Shown here one piece after another: positions 35,601 through 47,960 of a stretch of DNA of 64,000 nt. How positions within the stretch are numbered: position 1 is the first letter of the stretch; every line of letters starts with the position of its first letter. Below the pieces are notes generated by a model that worked only from the letters and a program-made list of their open reading frames with translations, searched no databases and was not told where the DNA came from. Made by a program: the position numbers and the translations under genes. The stretch is from Vairimorpha necatrix (lineage: Eukaryota): NCBI GenBank assembly GCA_036630325.1, contig CP142736.1, positions 248,001 through 312,000 on the forward strand, given 5' to 3'.

Positions 35601-35950
35601 TTTACATAGTGATTTTGGAAAATCAAATCTCTAAGCTTCTTCTATTTTTATCATCATTTTTTTTGTAGGTCTCCGCAAATCAACCTTGATATATAGTTAA
35701 GTTACTTGTTCTTATTTCTACCGCTTTTTCTTTTTCTAGTGGTCTTTTATGTTCTTCACTATTTTCATTTTTTTCAATTACTCCGCAGAAAGTTTTTCCA
35801 ACATTTTAGCCTTATTAAATATGAGATTTTGCTGTCCTAACTCCTTTTGTTTTTAACATTATTCTTGGCTTTTCCAATGCGTTTTTCATATTATTAGTAA
35901 GCTATTTGTTTATACGTTCTTTATCTTTGATATATTTTTTTTCCATATAC
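32700..35950 (-). mobile_element. Decayed non-LTR retrotransposon relic(s)
   Basis: Faint RT-like fragments on the minus strand (FWxxxW-like ~35590, PxxCL ~35120, thumb-like ~34220-34290); same position as the LINE relics in the repeated units; boundaries approximate. Confidence 0.4.
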
Positions 35951-36224
35951 ATCTTTTTTTATTTTTAACATATTAGCTTTTATGAAAATAATTCTATATA
36001 GTTCATATGAACTGAACGCCGATGCACGTATAAGATCTATAATTAAAAAGAAGCAAATGGTCAAATTAAGCCGCAATTCAATCAAAATAATGTTGATTAT
36101 ACTACCTCACAAATCCCCGTATTAAAATGAAAATGTTAAAAAAATAAATCTTTTATAATTATTGAAAAAACATTTGAATAATCTATTTATGACAAATTAT
36201 AAAACACATCATTATATAAATTAT

Positions 36225-37310
36225 TTATTCTTTTAATACCAAATGCCCAAGGATCATGAAAACGCATAAGAAAAAAACAAGCCAAAGTTTTTTACTTATA
36301 TATTTTTTAGGTATATATTGCGATACTAATAAAGCTGCAACACATACAATAGGAACAAAAACTGCATAACTTAAAACTCCAAATCTATAAGAAAATGCAT
36401 CCAGTTTAAAGCCAACGTCGGTAGAAGCATCTGTAGGAGCTATATCCTCATGCAATTTGGAGAAGACAGTATCAGAGGCGCTATTAAGAAGATTTTGGTC
36501 ATATGGTATTTCCATAATATTTAAATTAGAATCATTTTCTTTGACTAATTTTTTCGATGTATCACTATTGATTATAGATCTTTTATTTCTTGATTGTTTT
36601 TTGCCTCTAAATCCGTTTCGTATATCAATATTAATACTGGTTGGCTCTACAATTTGATCCTGTGTCTTAAAATATCCAACTATCTCACTACAGTAATGTT
36701 GTCGGGTTGGATTAAATACTCGTTCATGCTTTATATTCATATTCCACCTTCGATGTTCAGGTACACACTTGTTTAAAACGCCTTGTTTGATGAAAATATT
36801 CTCTTCACACGATACATCTCCTTCGCATGCTTGTATTACTAAACTTTTGGCACATCTTAGTTTATCAAAATGTTCTTGTTGGATACAATTCCTTTTATTG
36901 CACTCTTCGTTAAAAGTTTCCGCCGCATTTACGAACCTATCTTCTAAAATTTTTTTAGTATCTTCTTCTTTAAATCTTCTTACCAAGTCAGGCTTGCCAA
37001 ATGCTTCACCTTCCTCCTGGTTATAACAATTAATATTTGTATCAGTATTAAATAATCCATGCGTATACCAATTGCAAAAAGGATTTACCCATCCTTTATA
37101 TTTACTTTGGGCTAAATTATAAATAGTAACTAGTCTTCTTTCGTTACAATGGACACATTGGTTGTATTTTCTAAGTAGACATCTCAAAAAATTTTTGTGA
37201 ACATATATTGTCTGAGTATTATCTTTGCAATGCATGTTGGCGTACATTATTTCTGATGCCATGGAGTCAGCTAATTGTTCGTCAGACTTAGGATTTTCAG
37301 TATCACACAT
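36225..37310 (-). CDS. Cys-rich protein with RNKR site and two C-terminal hydrophobic helices, family copy A
   Basis: CCC-ATG at 37310 aligns with the paralog start; first ~245 aa highly similar to 42198-43283. Confidence 0.88.
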   Translation of the reverse strand: MCDTENPKSDEQLADSMASEIMYANMHCKDNTQTIYVHKNFLRCLLRKYNQCVHCNERRLVTIYNLAQSKYKGWVNPFCNWYTHGLFNTDTNINCYNQEEGEAFGKPDLVRRFKEEDTKKILEDRFVNAAETFNEECNKRNCIQQEHFDKLRCAKSLVIQACEGDVSCEENIFIKQGVLNKCVPEHRRWNMNIKHERVFNPTRQHYCSEIVGYFKTQDQIVEPTSINIDIRNGFRGKKQSRNKRSIINSDTSKKLVKENDSNLNIMEIPYDQNLLNSASDTVFSKLHEDIAPTDASTDVGFKLDAFSYRFGVLSYAVFVPIVCVAALLVSQYIPKKYISKKLWLVFFLCVFMILGHLVLKE

Positions 37311-37859
37311 GGGATAAAATTTTTTTATTGAATTTAAATACATGTCAAAATTCTAATTTTTTTTCATTTTTATATAGATAGCTCGGAGATAGTTTATAAC
37401 TCGACAATTAAAAAAACGGAATTTGTCTTTTATTTATTGATGTATGTCAAGACCACAAATGTCAAATCTCAACAGCAACAAAATATCAATATAATACATA
37501 TATAGAACAAGAAATATTTTTGCATTTTTTTAAACTAATGTTTTTTTTTGTAAAAAAAAATTAGAGAGTTGTTTCAAACTTATAATTCACATTTTTTCAT
37601 GCTTACTTTAAAAATTTATAACTTACGTCTTTGAACTTATTTTAATAATTTAAAATGTTGTTTTATCGACACATGTCAAAATTTCAAATTTTTTTCACTT
37701 TTGATTATTTTATGATTTTTAAACACCAGACATAAGACATATAAGTTTTTTGTACTTATCCTATTCGAATTATAAATTCGTACGTTTTTTCTTTATTTTA
37801 CCATATTATTGACTTTTTGATTCGACTTTCTTTATTTTACAAATTTTAATCTGCAAACA

Positions 37860-38180
37860 TTATGAACAGTACAAAATATTTTTCAAGCATGAGTTGTCTT
37901 TAGCAATCAAATCGTATACAGATATTAAACATTCAAATTTCCCAAAATAATTATCAGAAATTTTTAGATAAATCTGCCCCTACGTCATAAACAAGAAGAG
38001 AGATGTCATTGTAAAAAAAATAAATAAGCAGTATTTAATTTAGAGCAATTATTTTAGTTTTTTTTTGTTAGAGATTTTTTTTAAAAAAACTGTTATTTTT
38101 TCATTATTACCCAAGTTACCGCTAAAAAATTTCAATGAAAGTTGACTTTTAAGTTTGTTGTCGAGATCTAGAGATGTCAA
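37860..38180 (-). pseudogene. Decayed copy of the ARL GTPase gene
   Basis: DNA similarity to 56520-56850, e.g. CCTACGTCATAAACAAGAAGAGAGATGTC, GAACAGTACA.AATATTTTT, CAAATCGTA. Confidence 0.8.
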
Positions 38181-38749
38181 TGAAAAGGCATGGGCCGAAG
38201 AGTATTATTGGACACTTTTTTTTAAATTATAATTTTATTCCAAAAACAGAGTAACAATAAGAGGACAAGAACTGCCGAGAATTTGTTATTATTAAAAATA
38301 CAAATTGGGGTTTTTAAATACTAAATATAATTTTCAATCGTTTATTGCTATAATTGTAAATCATAAGCAAATGTTACCTCTTTATTTTTTATATTGAATG
38401 TTTTGTTTATTTTAGAGATCGTTTTGTTTAAAAAAAAATTCTAAAGAAATAGAATAAATACTAAAAAAGGAATACTAATGAGATAATAAACAACTAAACA
38501 CGAAATTTAAATATTAAAACTGTTTAATTGGCGTAGATCATATGTTAAGTGGTAATGAGATGATTATAACGTAATTTTTAAGAAAATATGAAAATGTTTA
38601 GATTTACCACTTTTAATCTCATTTTAATAAAATTTTTGCGGGTAAAAAATGAAAAATTGACCTCAAAATGCAACCTTTTAATGTTAACTTTTGTTTAGGG
38701 AATAAATTATGTGTAAATTTAACCTATAAAATTTATAGTTTTTATATTA

Positions 38750-41700
38750 AGTTTTTGCACGAGTAATGGGAATAGCTTTCTCTTACTTATATGATAAATG
38801 CTGTCAATAATATAGTACTCTTTTTACTCACATTCTCTGTCCATTTTTTGCAACTTCCAAAATGTTTTTAAGTATTGCAGATTATGCAGCGGCTTTGATT
38901 TGGCTATTCGCTTAAACCATTTTTGAATGTAGGTGGTATCTGTAGAGACCACCTTTTGTTAAAATAAACGCAGAAACTTAGACTTGTGTTTATACATAGA
39001 ATCTGCATGGTTTGCAAAGAGATCATGCTTACACCTGTTTTTATTCCTACTGTTCTTAGTTATAAAGTCTAATAAAAGCATTTTTTACAACGATTATTTC
39101 CCAAATACTTTGTACATTATATGAATGTCGTGTTAATTGTACTTAAATATGTATAAAGTCCCCATCTTTTCTCTAAGGTTTATAGTAATTCGGACTTGTA
39201 AAAAGCAATTTTTTCTCATTGTATATCCTGCAAGCCCGTAGCCGCAACATATCTGTAGACATATGTACTCTAGAACTTCGTTATGCCTTCGTATATAATT
39301 ATATTGCAAAATTATTTCACCAAAGTCGGCATGAGGTCGTTATTACCTCTCATAAAAATATTTTCTTAGTGATTACACAGTTTATGGTTACTAAGTTTAT
39401 ATTTACTTTTGTAAACCATAACGAAGTCACCTATATCAGTTTATGTTATTTCCTATGTTCAATAAATTTTTTGGTAAAAAATCAGGTTTCAAATCCACTA
39501 AAAGGTAAGTCATTGGGTTTCTAGTTTTCATTTTAAGACTTCGCTTTCTAATTTGACTTAAATTCCAAAAAAGCCTTAATCTTAGAAAGGTAGATATTTT
39601 TATTATTTTCTATTTTAAACAGAAATTTCTTTTTTGGTTCCTTCTGTGACGTCTATAACTTAAGGAATTGCAAAACCATTTCTTGCCAAGAAATTAGACA
39701 TTAAAAAGACTCCTGTTTGGCTTTTATCTCGGTAAGTGTGTCCGTTGCCGCGAAGGTATATAACGTGTGAGGTGTTGCAACAAATATTTCCAATCTTTTA
39801 TACGGATGTTTAATGTTTGAAGACTTTTCTGAAATGATCTTTGCAAGCTAAGCAACGTACTGTATTCATTATGGCCTTTTATAAAATCTAGGGTTGAGCT
39901 AAGTTTGCTAATTTTTCTGTATTTTTTCAATCGCATTGTATATCATATTCTTGTTTGATCTAAGTTTTTCTCTTAGAATATTCCGTAATTTCTTTCATCT
40001 ATATCCAAGTGTGACAATAAAAGTTTGGACTTTCTTAACAACCAACATGGTGGTTCTCTTCCAACTTGATTTTGTAGCTGTCATAATAAAACATATTTTC
40101 ATTCTTAAAAAATAGTTTAATTTATCAACACGAAATAACCTATACATGCAAAACTTCGTTTTCGGCCTTTCCCATTATGTGTTTTTCATAGAGCTTCATA
40201 CAGAGAAGCTTATCGCTTGATAAACGAGAGATACGGCAAAGCTCTTAAAGACTTTTCTTTTTGGTACATGGCCGTTTGGAACCCGCTTTGGGAAAATGAA
40301 CCCGCTTTGGGAAAATAAAGTCGCATTGAAATTTTAAAGGACCCCCTTTAAAAAATGGCAAAATTGGTAAAAACAATGTTTGTTGAGGCAGATGTGGTTT
40401 TGAGTGATGAAATGTATTTATAATGGAATATAAAGAAAAGTTTATTTTGGAAACATTTGATGCTGAATCGGCGTGCGCCTTGCTCGTTTCTGTAACTAGT
40501 AGAATACTGCTTTTTCCTTGAGGTGATACAAGAAAATGTATAACCTGTTTCTATATGATCTCTAATCAATGGGTAGCATATGATGTCATATTAGCTAAGC
40601 AAAGGGATGGAGCACAGTACTAAGAATCACTCCATAAATGCCTAACCTCTAGCGATTCTGAGCCACATAATATTATATAATTTAGTTGGTTTCGGCTCAT
40701 TCCTATAAGAGATATTTGATCTTAACATAATCAAAGAAGAACACTATGAGTACCTTTTACAGTTTCACTAGGCTTTTCAAATTCCCAAAAATTAACGGAT
40801 AAATTGTCTTCTGTCATTATTTAAAATAAATCATCAAGTCCTTTTTTTATAACTTTTTTTTATTTTTCCCTTTTTTTGAATTTTTCAAAGCGGGTTTATT
40901 TTCCCAAAGCGGGTTCATTTTCCCAATGCGGGTTCCAAACGGTCATGCACCAAACTTTTTTCTGATTTTTTCCTAGGATCTTATTCTAGTGCAGAAAATT
41001 CTAGTTAAGTTAATAAAAAACATATATTTATCAACGATTTTGCTAGGGGTTCGACAAATGTAACATGATAAGTAAGTAGGCCAAAGCCTGCGCAAAATTT
41101 ACATATAAACTCATATTTTTTTTATTCACATAGCTTGCCCAGCTCCAATATCTTTCGATTGTTCACAAGATGTTTGCTTAACGATAACTGCGTTTGGTTT
41201 TTATACATTATATTTAAGTTCTCCAGTACTTAGGAATGTTATTGTTCGCATTTCTAGGTTAGTTTATGAATTTGACACTCAAATAATTAGTTGGTAAATA
41301 ACTTCTAGAGGTAAAGTTTTTTCTATATTATGAATTTAGGCCCTTTGTGATTTCTACTTCAGTTTTTTTTTTTACGAATCTTTCCTAAGCGGCATAAAGA
41401 CCTTTAAATATGTGTCGAGCTTGGAAAAAAGAAGTTAAAATTTTGCCTAATCTTCCCTGATAAGTTGCCTTTTAATAAGTCTAATAAACTTTAAAAGAAA
41501 CAACTTTTTTCCAGAATATTTTCTAGGAACAGTCTATATAATTATGTTTTCGCTTTCTTAATATGATATTATATTTTCATTTATAATGATTTAAGGTCTT
41601 TCAAATAGGACATTTGTACTAGTTGTGTTCAAGTGCAATATCTATTTTTATGTCTCCGTAGGGCGGCCTCGAATAAGCTCACATTTTTTGTTCTCTCTTC

Positions 41701-41950
41701 TGAAATACTTTCTAAGTCGAAGTTTTGCATTTTGAAAATTTCTAATTCTTTTTTATTGATGTTACAATCATTATGTCAACAATCCTAGTCTCATTAAAGA
41801 TTTGATTTGGCTTCCAACTGCTTTCCGAGCACAACGATTTTTTCAGCATTTTTTTTGTGTGCACTATGTATTGAGTAATAAATTATGTTGCCTAGTTTAA
41901 CTACATATTATCTTTTTGGTGCGTTTTTCCATATGTTTTTTCTTATATAT
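38750..41950 (-). mobile_element. Decayed RLE-type (R4/Dong-like) LINE
   Basis: YIRRHNEVL motif at ~39270-39298 (minus strand); thumb-like segment at ~39730-39780; 3' part homologous to 46900-47270; boundaries approximate. Confidence 0.6.
40263..40951 (+). mobile_element. Internally deleted Merlin element
   Basis: ~70-bp GG-starting TIRs containing tandem AACCCGCTTTGGGAAAAT units; residual SNQWVAY and HSTKNHS motifs at 40561-40640; TSD weak. Confidence 0.8.
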
Positions 41951-42197
41951 TAAATTTTTACAACAAATAATTCAGATGATTACAAAATCCAAACACTATT
42001 GCACAACTAAAAAACTGAAATATAAAATGAACCCACAGGATTGAATATAGACGTTTTCAAACGACCTGTAATTTATTTGGCTCCCACTAACATTTTCGAA
42101 ATAAAAATTTTACATTAATGTAATAAATTGCCGATAAGGATTATTAGTATGTATAATCAATCAACTATATTTTGTAATGCAATCATGAAAAAATACT

Positions 42198-43283
42198 TTA
42201 TTTGATTAATGCTAAACAAACTAAAATGCCAATTAGGCACAAGAAAAAACCAATACAGTATTTTTTAGTTAAAAATTTTTCAGGTGGACATTTCGTTATT
42301 AAATAAGCAACAACACATATAAAGAGAACTAATACTGCATAATTGAATATTTCAAACGTATATTGATAATCATTTAGTGAAGAGGAAACGTTAGAAGAGA
42401 AGTCTGCATTCGAATTTTCCTTGCGTGAGTGAGAAACCACAGCATTATAGATTTTTTTAAAAGAATTTTGCTCGCTTGGTATTTCTATAATATTATTATT
42501 CGAAACATTTTCTTTGACTAATTCTGTTGATGAATCATGTTTTTCTAAAGATCTTTTATTTCTTGATTGTATTTTGCCTCTAAATCCGTTTCGTATATCA
42601 ATAGTAATACTAGGTGGTTCTACAATTTGATCCTGTGTCTTAAAATATCCAACTATCTCACTACAGTAATGTTGTCGATTTGGATTAAATACTCGGATAT
42701 GCTGAATATTCATGTTGCTCCTTCGATGTTCAGGTACACACTTGTTTAAAACGCCTTGTTTGGTGAAAATATTCTCTTCACACGACACATCTCCTTCGCA
42801 TGCTTGTATTACTAAACTTTTGGCACATCTTAGTTTATCAAAATGTTCTTGTTGAATACAAGTCCTTTTATTACACTCTTCGTTAAAAGTAATTGCCGCA
42901 TTTACGAACCTGTCTTCTACAAATTTATTTGTATCTTCTTCTTTAAATCTTCTTGCCAAGTCAGGCTTGCCAAATGCTTCCCCCTCCTCCTGGTTATAAC
43001 AATTAATATTTGTATCAGTATCAAATAATCCATGTGTATACCAATTGCAAACAGGATTTACCCATCCTTTAAATTTATTACAGGCTAAATTATATATAGT
43101 AACTAGTCTTCTTTCATTACAATTGACACATTGGTTGTATTTTCTAAGTAGACATCTCAGGTAATTTTTATGAACATATATTGTCTGAGTATTATCTTTG
43201 CAATGCATGTTTGCGTACATTATTTCAGATGCCATTGAGGCAGCTAATTGTTCGTCAGACTTAGGATTTTCAGTATCACACAT
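42198..43283 (-). CDS. Cys-rich membrane-anchored family, copy B
   Basis: Intact 361-aa ORF, CCC-ATG, RNKR, two C-terminal hydrophobic segments. Confidence 0.88.
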   Translation of the reverse strand: MCDTENPKSDEQLAASMASEIMYANMHCKDNTQTIYVHKNYLRCLLRKYNQCVNCNERRLVTIYNLACNKFKGWVNPVCNWYTHGLFDTDTNINCYNQEEGEAFGKPDLARRFKEEDTNKFVEDRFVNAAITFNEECNKRTCIQQEHFDKLRCAKSLVIQACEGDVSCEENIFTKQGVLNKCVPEHRRSNMNIQHIRVFNPNRQHYCSEIVGYFKTQDQIVEPPSITIDIRNGFRGKIQSRNKRSLEKHDSSTELVKENVSNNNIIEIPSEQNSFKKIYNAVVSHSRKENSNADFSSNVSSSLNDYQYTFEIFNYAVLVLFICVVAYLITKCPPEKFLTKKYCIGFFLCLIGILVCLALIK

Positions 43284-43858
43284 GGGATAAAATTTTTTTT
43301 ATTGAATATAAATACATGTCAAAATATAATTTTTTTTTCATTTTTATATAGATAGCTCAGAAATAGTTTATAACTCGATAATTAAAAAATTAATTTTTCT
43401 TTTATTTATTGTTGTCTGTCAAAACTCAAAAGTCAAATCTCAACATCAAGAAAATTATAGATCACCTATTGATGGCATACAAAAATTGCATTGTTTTAGC
43501 AATATTTTCAGGTAAAGGGGTTGTTTGTTAATATATCTAATTTAATGCAAATATTTGAAAAAAGTAGTTTATGTTTTTAATAAATAAACACTTTGCAAAG
43601 TAATAGTTATATGCCATTTTATCGTTAAGCATACAAATATAAATTTCATTATCTTTGACACATGTCAAATCAAAAAAAAAATTCAATATTTTTTTATTCT
43701 TAATAATCAATTATTGTTTTACATAATCGTAAAATTGACTAGCCGATTAAAATATTTAATTCAACTCGTATTATAAATACAAACATTTTCATTATATTTT
43801 ATAATGTCTAAAACCTTTCAATCTGATCCTGTTTATCACACAAAATCAAAGAAATATA

Positions 43859-44898
43859 GGACCTTCGGGCCGAAATTCACCTTTTTTTGATGTCTTCAAA
43901 TTTTCATTTTTTCACCCCAAAAAATGAAATTCCCAAAGTTGAGGAAAAGAGAGATTGAAGAGAAAATAATACAACAAATAAAAATCTTACAACTTAGCAA
44001 TTGTAAAATATGCAATGAAGAGCTTACATCATACACAAAAAATAAGTATGAATATATGAAATGTACAAATAAAATATGTCCACTATATAAAAAACATATT
44101 AATGTTTGGAAAGGTACAATATTTAGTCATGTAAAAATTTCTAAAGTGAAATTTGTCGAGGTTATTGACCTCTGGTTATCAAAATGTAGTGTGGATACTA
44201 TTTCATACGTAACCAAAATTGATAAAAAAGTTATATGGAGAATATTGAAAAAAACTAGTGAAGTACTAGTTAAAAAATTCTACCAAAACATTGAATATAT
44301 TGGAATCCTGGTGAAACAGTTGAAATGGATGAGTCAAAGATTGGAAAGAATAAATATAATCGTGGACATCCAGTAGGAGGAGTTTGGCTATTTGGAGTAG
44401 TTGAAAGAGATGGTAAAAAAAGAGTCATATTATTTCAAGTTAGTGATCGTACTAAAAGTACGTTAAAATTTCACATTAAAAATAGTGTAAAAGAAGGTAG
44501 CAAATTATATTCTGACTGTTGGAAGGGATATACGGGCATTCAAAATGAAGGTTATAGTCACCACACTGTAAACCACTCTAAATATTTTAAAGATCCCGAG
44601 ACAGGAATACATACTAATACTATCGAAGGAACATGGTCTGGTTTAAAACAGCATATACCATACAGATGTAGAACAAGGAAATTAATTAATAGGTATTTAG
44701 TGAGGTACATGTTAATAAAAAACTATAATACTCATCCAGTAATAAGTTGTTTTAACGTAATTTAATATGAAAAATTAAATATTTAAAACTTTTATTTTTT
44801 TTTTATTTTCTTCCTCAACTTTTGGAATTTCATTTTTTGGGGTGAAAAAATGAAAATTTGAAGACATCAAAAAAAGGTGAATTTCGGTCCGATCAACC
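43859..44898 (+). mobile_element. Merlin DNA transposon with frameshifted transposase (43924-44765)
   Basis: ~85-bp TIRs; zinc ribbon, DESKIGKNKYNRG, SDCWKGY, VNHS, HTNTIEGTW; one frameshift near 44305. TSD unclear, so ends are +/-8 bp. Confidence 0.92.
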
Positions 44899-45152
44899 CA
44901 CATTTTTTATAATAATTATCTCATTTTTTTCTGAAAATAGATCAGCAAATCACGTCATAAACAGGAAGAGAGATGTCTTTGGAAAAAAAAAACAAGCATT
45001 AGTTAATTAAAGAATTAATAAAACAAGTTTTTTTTTAATTAAGATGTTTTGTAAGGTTGTTGTTTTTTTTCCAACATTGTCTAAGTATATGCCGACTAGT
45101 TTAATTTTGCATTTTTATTTTATAATTTATTGACGAGTTTAAATAATGTTAT
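44899..45152 (-). pseudogene. Second decayed ARL copy, split by the Merlin insertion
   Basis: ACGTCATAAACAGGAAGAGAGATGTC, AAGATGTTTTGTAAG.TTGTTGTTTTT, GACTAGTTT and GACGAGTTTAAA match 56597-56850. Confidence 0.8.
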
Positions 45153-45548
45153 ATGAATAGAACTTAGGCAAAGTATATAATCAGCCACACTTTTTTGTGG
45201 GCGTTAATTTTTTTGGCTCAAAATATGAAATTTAAAAAACGAGAGGCTATAGAATTTTGAAAATGTCGACCATTAGTTATAACAAAAAAAACATATTATA
45301 ATTTATGTTTAAATATAATACTCTATCATTTTGTTGCTATAATTTAAATTTTAATCATATTTATACGCTTTAATGAACATATTTTTTTAAATGTTTTGTT
45401 TATTTATCAGAGATTTTATCACTAATCTTTAAACCAAAGAAATAATGAAAAAAAGTAATAATAGGCAATCCAAACAATTAAGCTCATATTTTACACATTT
45501 AAAATGTTTATATATACGAAAATTTTGAAAAATTTAAATGATGTATAA

Positions 45549-46528
45549 GGTTAAAGGGCAGTCTGGTGGCCAAAAATCCCTTAAAAGGAATTTTTAAAAA
45601 AATCACCCCAAAAAATGAAAAGTCAAGAGGAAAAAAATAAAAACTTAAAAATCATTTTAATAATTTTATCAAACAAATTCCCTTCAAAATTTCTTCTAAG
45701 CATAAATCCTAACAAAGAACTCTTTATTAATTTTTTTGTTCTATGCCTTATGGAAGTTTCACTTTTAACAGCGCTCCAATTACCTTCGATAGTATTAGAA
45801 TGGCATGAATTATTTTTATTAACCAATTCTTTTGAATGATTAACCGTCTTATGTTGTTGAAAAATTGAACACAACCTAGAATATGAAGAGAAGCAATCAC
45901 TATGTATGATAGATTCTGAGTTAACATATTTTTTTTAAAAGTTCTTCTAGTGTAGTTGCTCTTCTATTATCAACAGGAACAAACACAATTTTCCTTTGAG
46001 GTGTTCTTTCTACCATTCCGAAAATCCAAACTCCTTCTACCCATGGCCTCTATGGTATTTTAATTTACCAAACTTACTTTCATCTATTTCCACAACAATC
46101 CCAGGTCCTCCTATTATACCTGTTTCGACGTAAACAGAATTTTCGATGGAATTTACTGTTAAAGAAATGATTTTTCTTACACTTTTAATGCTAATTCCAA
46201 GAAATTCCGCAATAGCTTTATACTTTACATTAACAGACCATGATTTAATAATTAATAACATAGTATTAATTCCAAGCTTGTTATTGTAGAATGGAGTGTT
46301 TTTTTAATAAAGACCATTTACTTCTACATTTAGACCAACCACATCGAAAAATAAAATTTTCATTATATTTTTTACTTATAGAACCACATTTTATACATGA
46401 TTTGCTTGTTTTTTCAATATATTTTAAAAAAATTTCAAAAAGTTTTTCCTCTTGACTTTTCATTTTTGGGGTGATTTTTTTAAAAATTCCTTTTAAGGGA
46501 TTTTTGGCCACCAGACTGCCATAGCTCC
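45549..46528 (-). mobile_element. Merlin DNA transposon with broken transposase
   Basis: Perfect 9-bp TSD GATGTATAA; ~85-bp TIRs; VEIDESKFGKLKYHRG, VNHS and HSNTIEGNW in three ORF fragments. Confidence 0.95.
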
Positions 46529-47279
46529 GATGTATAATATGTGGTTAAGGCAATAAAATGATTTAAAATTTGTTTATATATCTTAATTTATGTTTTTGTG
46601 ATTTTATATTTATAGTAAAAAAATAATTTTTGTTTTATTTTTCTACACTTTCTTAAATTTAATTTTTATGTATATAAAAATCAACCCTATATTTTGTTCC
46701 TATATTACCTTAACTTTGTTAATTAAAAAAATTACATAACGACTTAATTCATAAAAGATGTTTTATTTAAGATTGTTGGAATTAAAACATGGGTTTATTT
46801 ATTATGAAATATTTAAAGAACAACATGTCCAATATTACCGAATGGACTTGACGGACTTGACATGTGTTACACTTCCTACAAAGATACACAAAAAATCTAA
46901 AATTTTTTACAAAGATTATAATGAAAGTAATATGCGCTCGGCTGTTTTCTACTATATGATAAACTTTGTTTATCAATTCAGCGCCCATTTTGCGCCTACT
47001 TTTTTGTCCAATTAGTGCAACATCCACAAGTCTCTTTAAATATTGCAAATTACACTTAAGGTTCAATCTGGCTATCGGCTTGGGGCCGTTTCTATGTTAG
47101 TGGATTTTTAACTCTATTATAACATGTTATAACATACGCAAACTCTTGGAGATGTGTCTATGCATAGAAGCCGTATGATTTGCTAAGAGATCGTGGTCAT
47201 GCTTTTCTGTTCATACTGTTCTTAAGTTTTTGAAACTAGTAAACTTGGCTTTTATGATGATTTTTTCATAGATAATTTA

Positions 47280-47960
47280 ATTTAAATAGAATATGCTTAT
47301 TGTAATTTATATTTATAGTTTAACAAGGATAGGTTCCGCGCTAGCGTCTCCTGCTTGTAGGTGGCTTCTCGTCTCCATAGTCCTTTCCGCATCGGCTTCA
47401 TCTCCTCTACTTCGGTAGTCCAGAGAAATGCTTTCTTTTGTCTTCTTTAGCGTGATCATCTGGATCTACGCTTCTCCCTTTTGGGGATTTCAAGTCTTGT
47501 GGTTTAAGATTTGTGAAACTTAGTCTTTATAACATCCCAAGTGATTACGTAGGGAATTATTTCTTTTTTAAAACCATATATTAGGCCCGGTTTGTTCTCA
47601 AGGACATCATACTTTCTTAACTTATCATTTTCTACTTGCTGTAGATTCTCTTGTGATGTGACATCTATTTCGATAATTTTGATCGATTTGTTCTTTAAGT
47701 CTTCTACGACAATGTACGGTTTATTATATTTGATCTTATTGTCTGTTTTTACCGTCGTGTCTATTCTTATTTCACATCTTTGTTGGCAACTATCTGTTGT
47801 ACTGAGTGATTTCTTAATCTCTTCTTAGGCTGCACTTTATATTGTTCACACAATGTAGGTTGATGCATTTAACAATTTTATTATGCCTTCTCATATAGTC
47901 GTGTCCTAGAGTTTTTTGCACCTTGTCGCTAGATGATCCACGGTCTCTGCTAATTTATTG
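47280..47960 (-). mobile_element. Younger 5'-truncated RLE-type LINE fragment
   Basis: LGHDYMRRHNKIVKCI and NKPYIVVED..IIEIDVT..ENDKLRKY..IIPYVITWD restriction-like endonuclease motifs. Confidence 0.8.
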
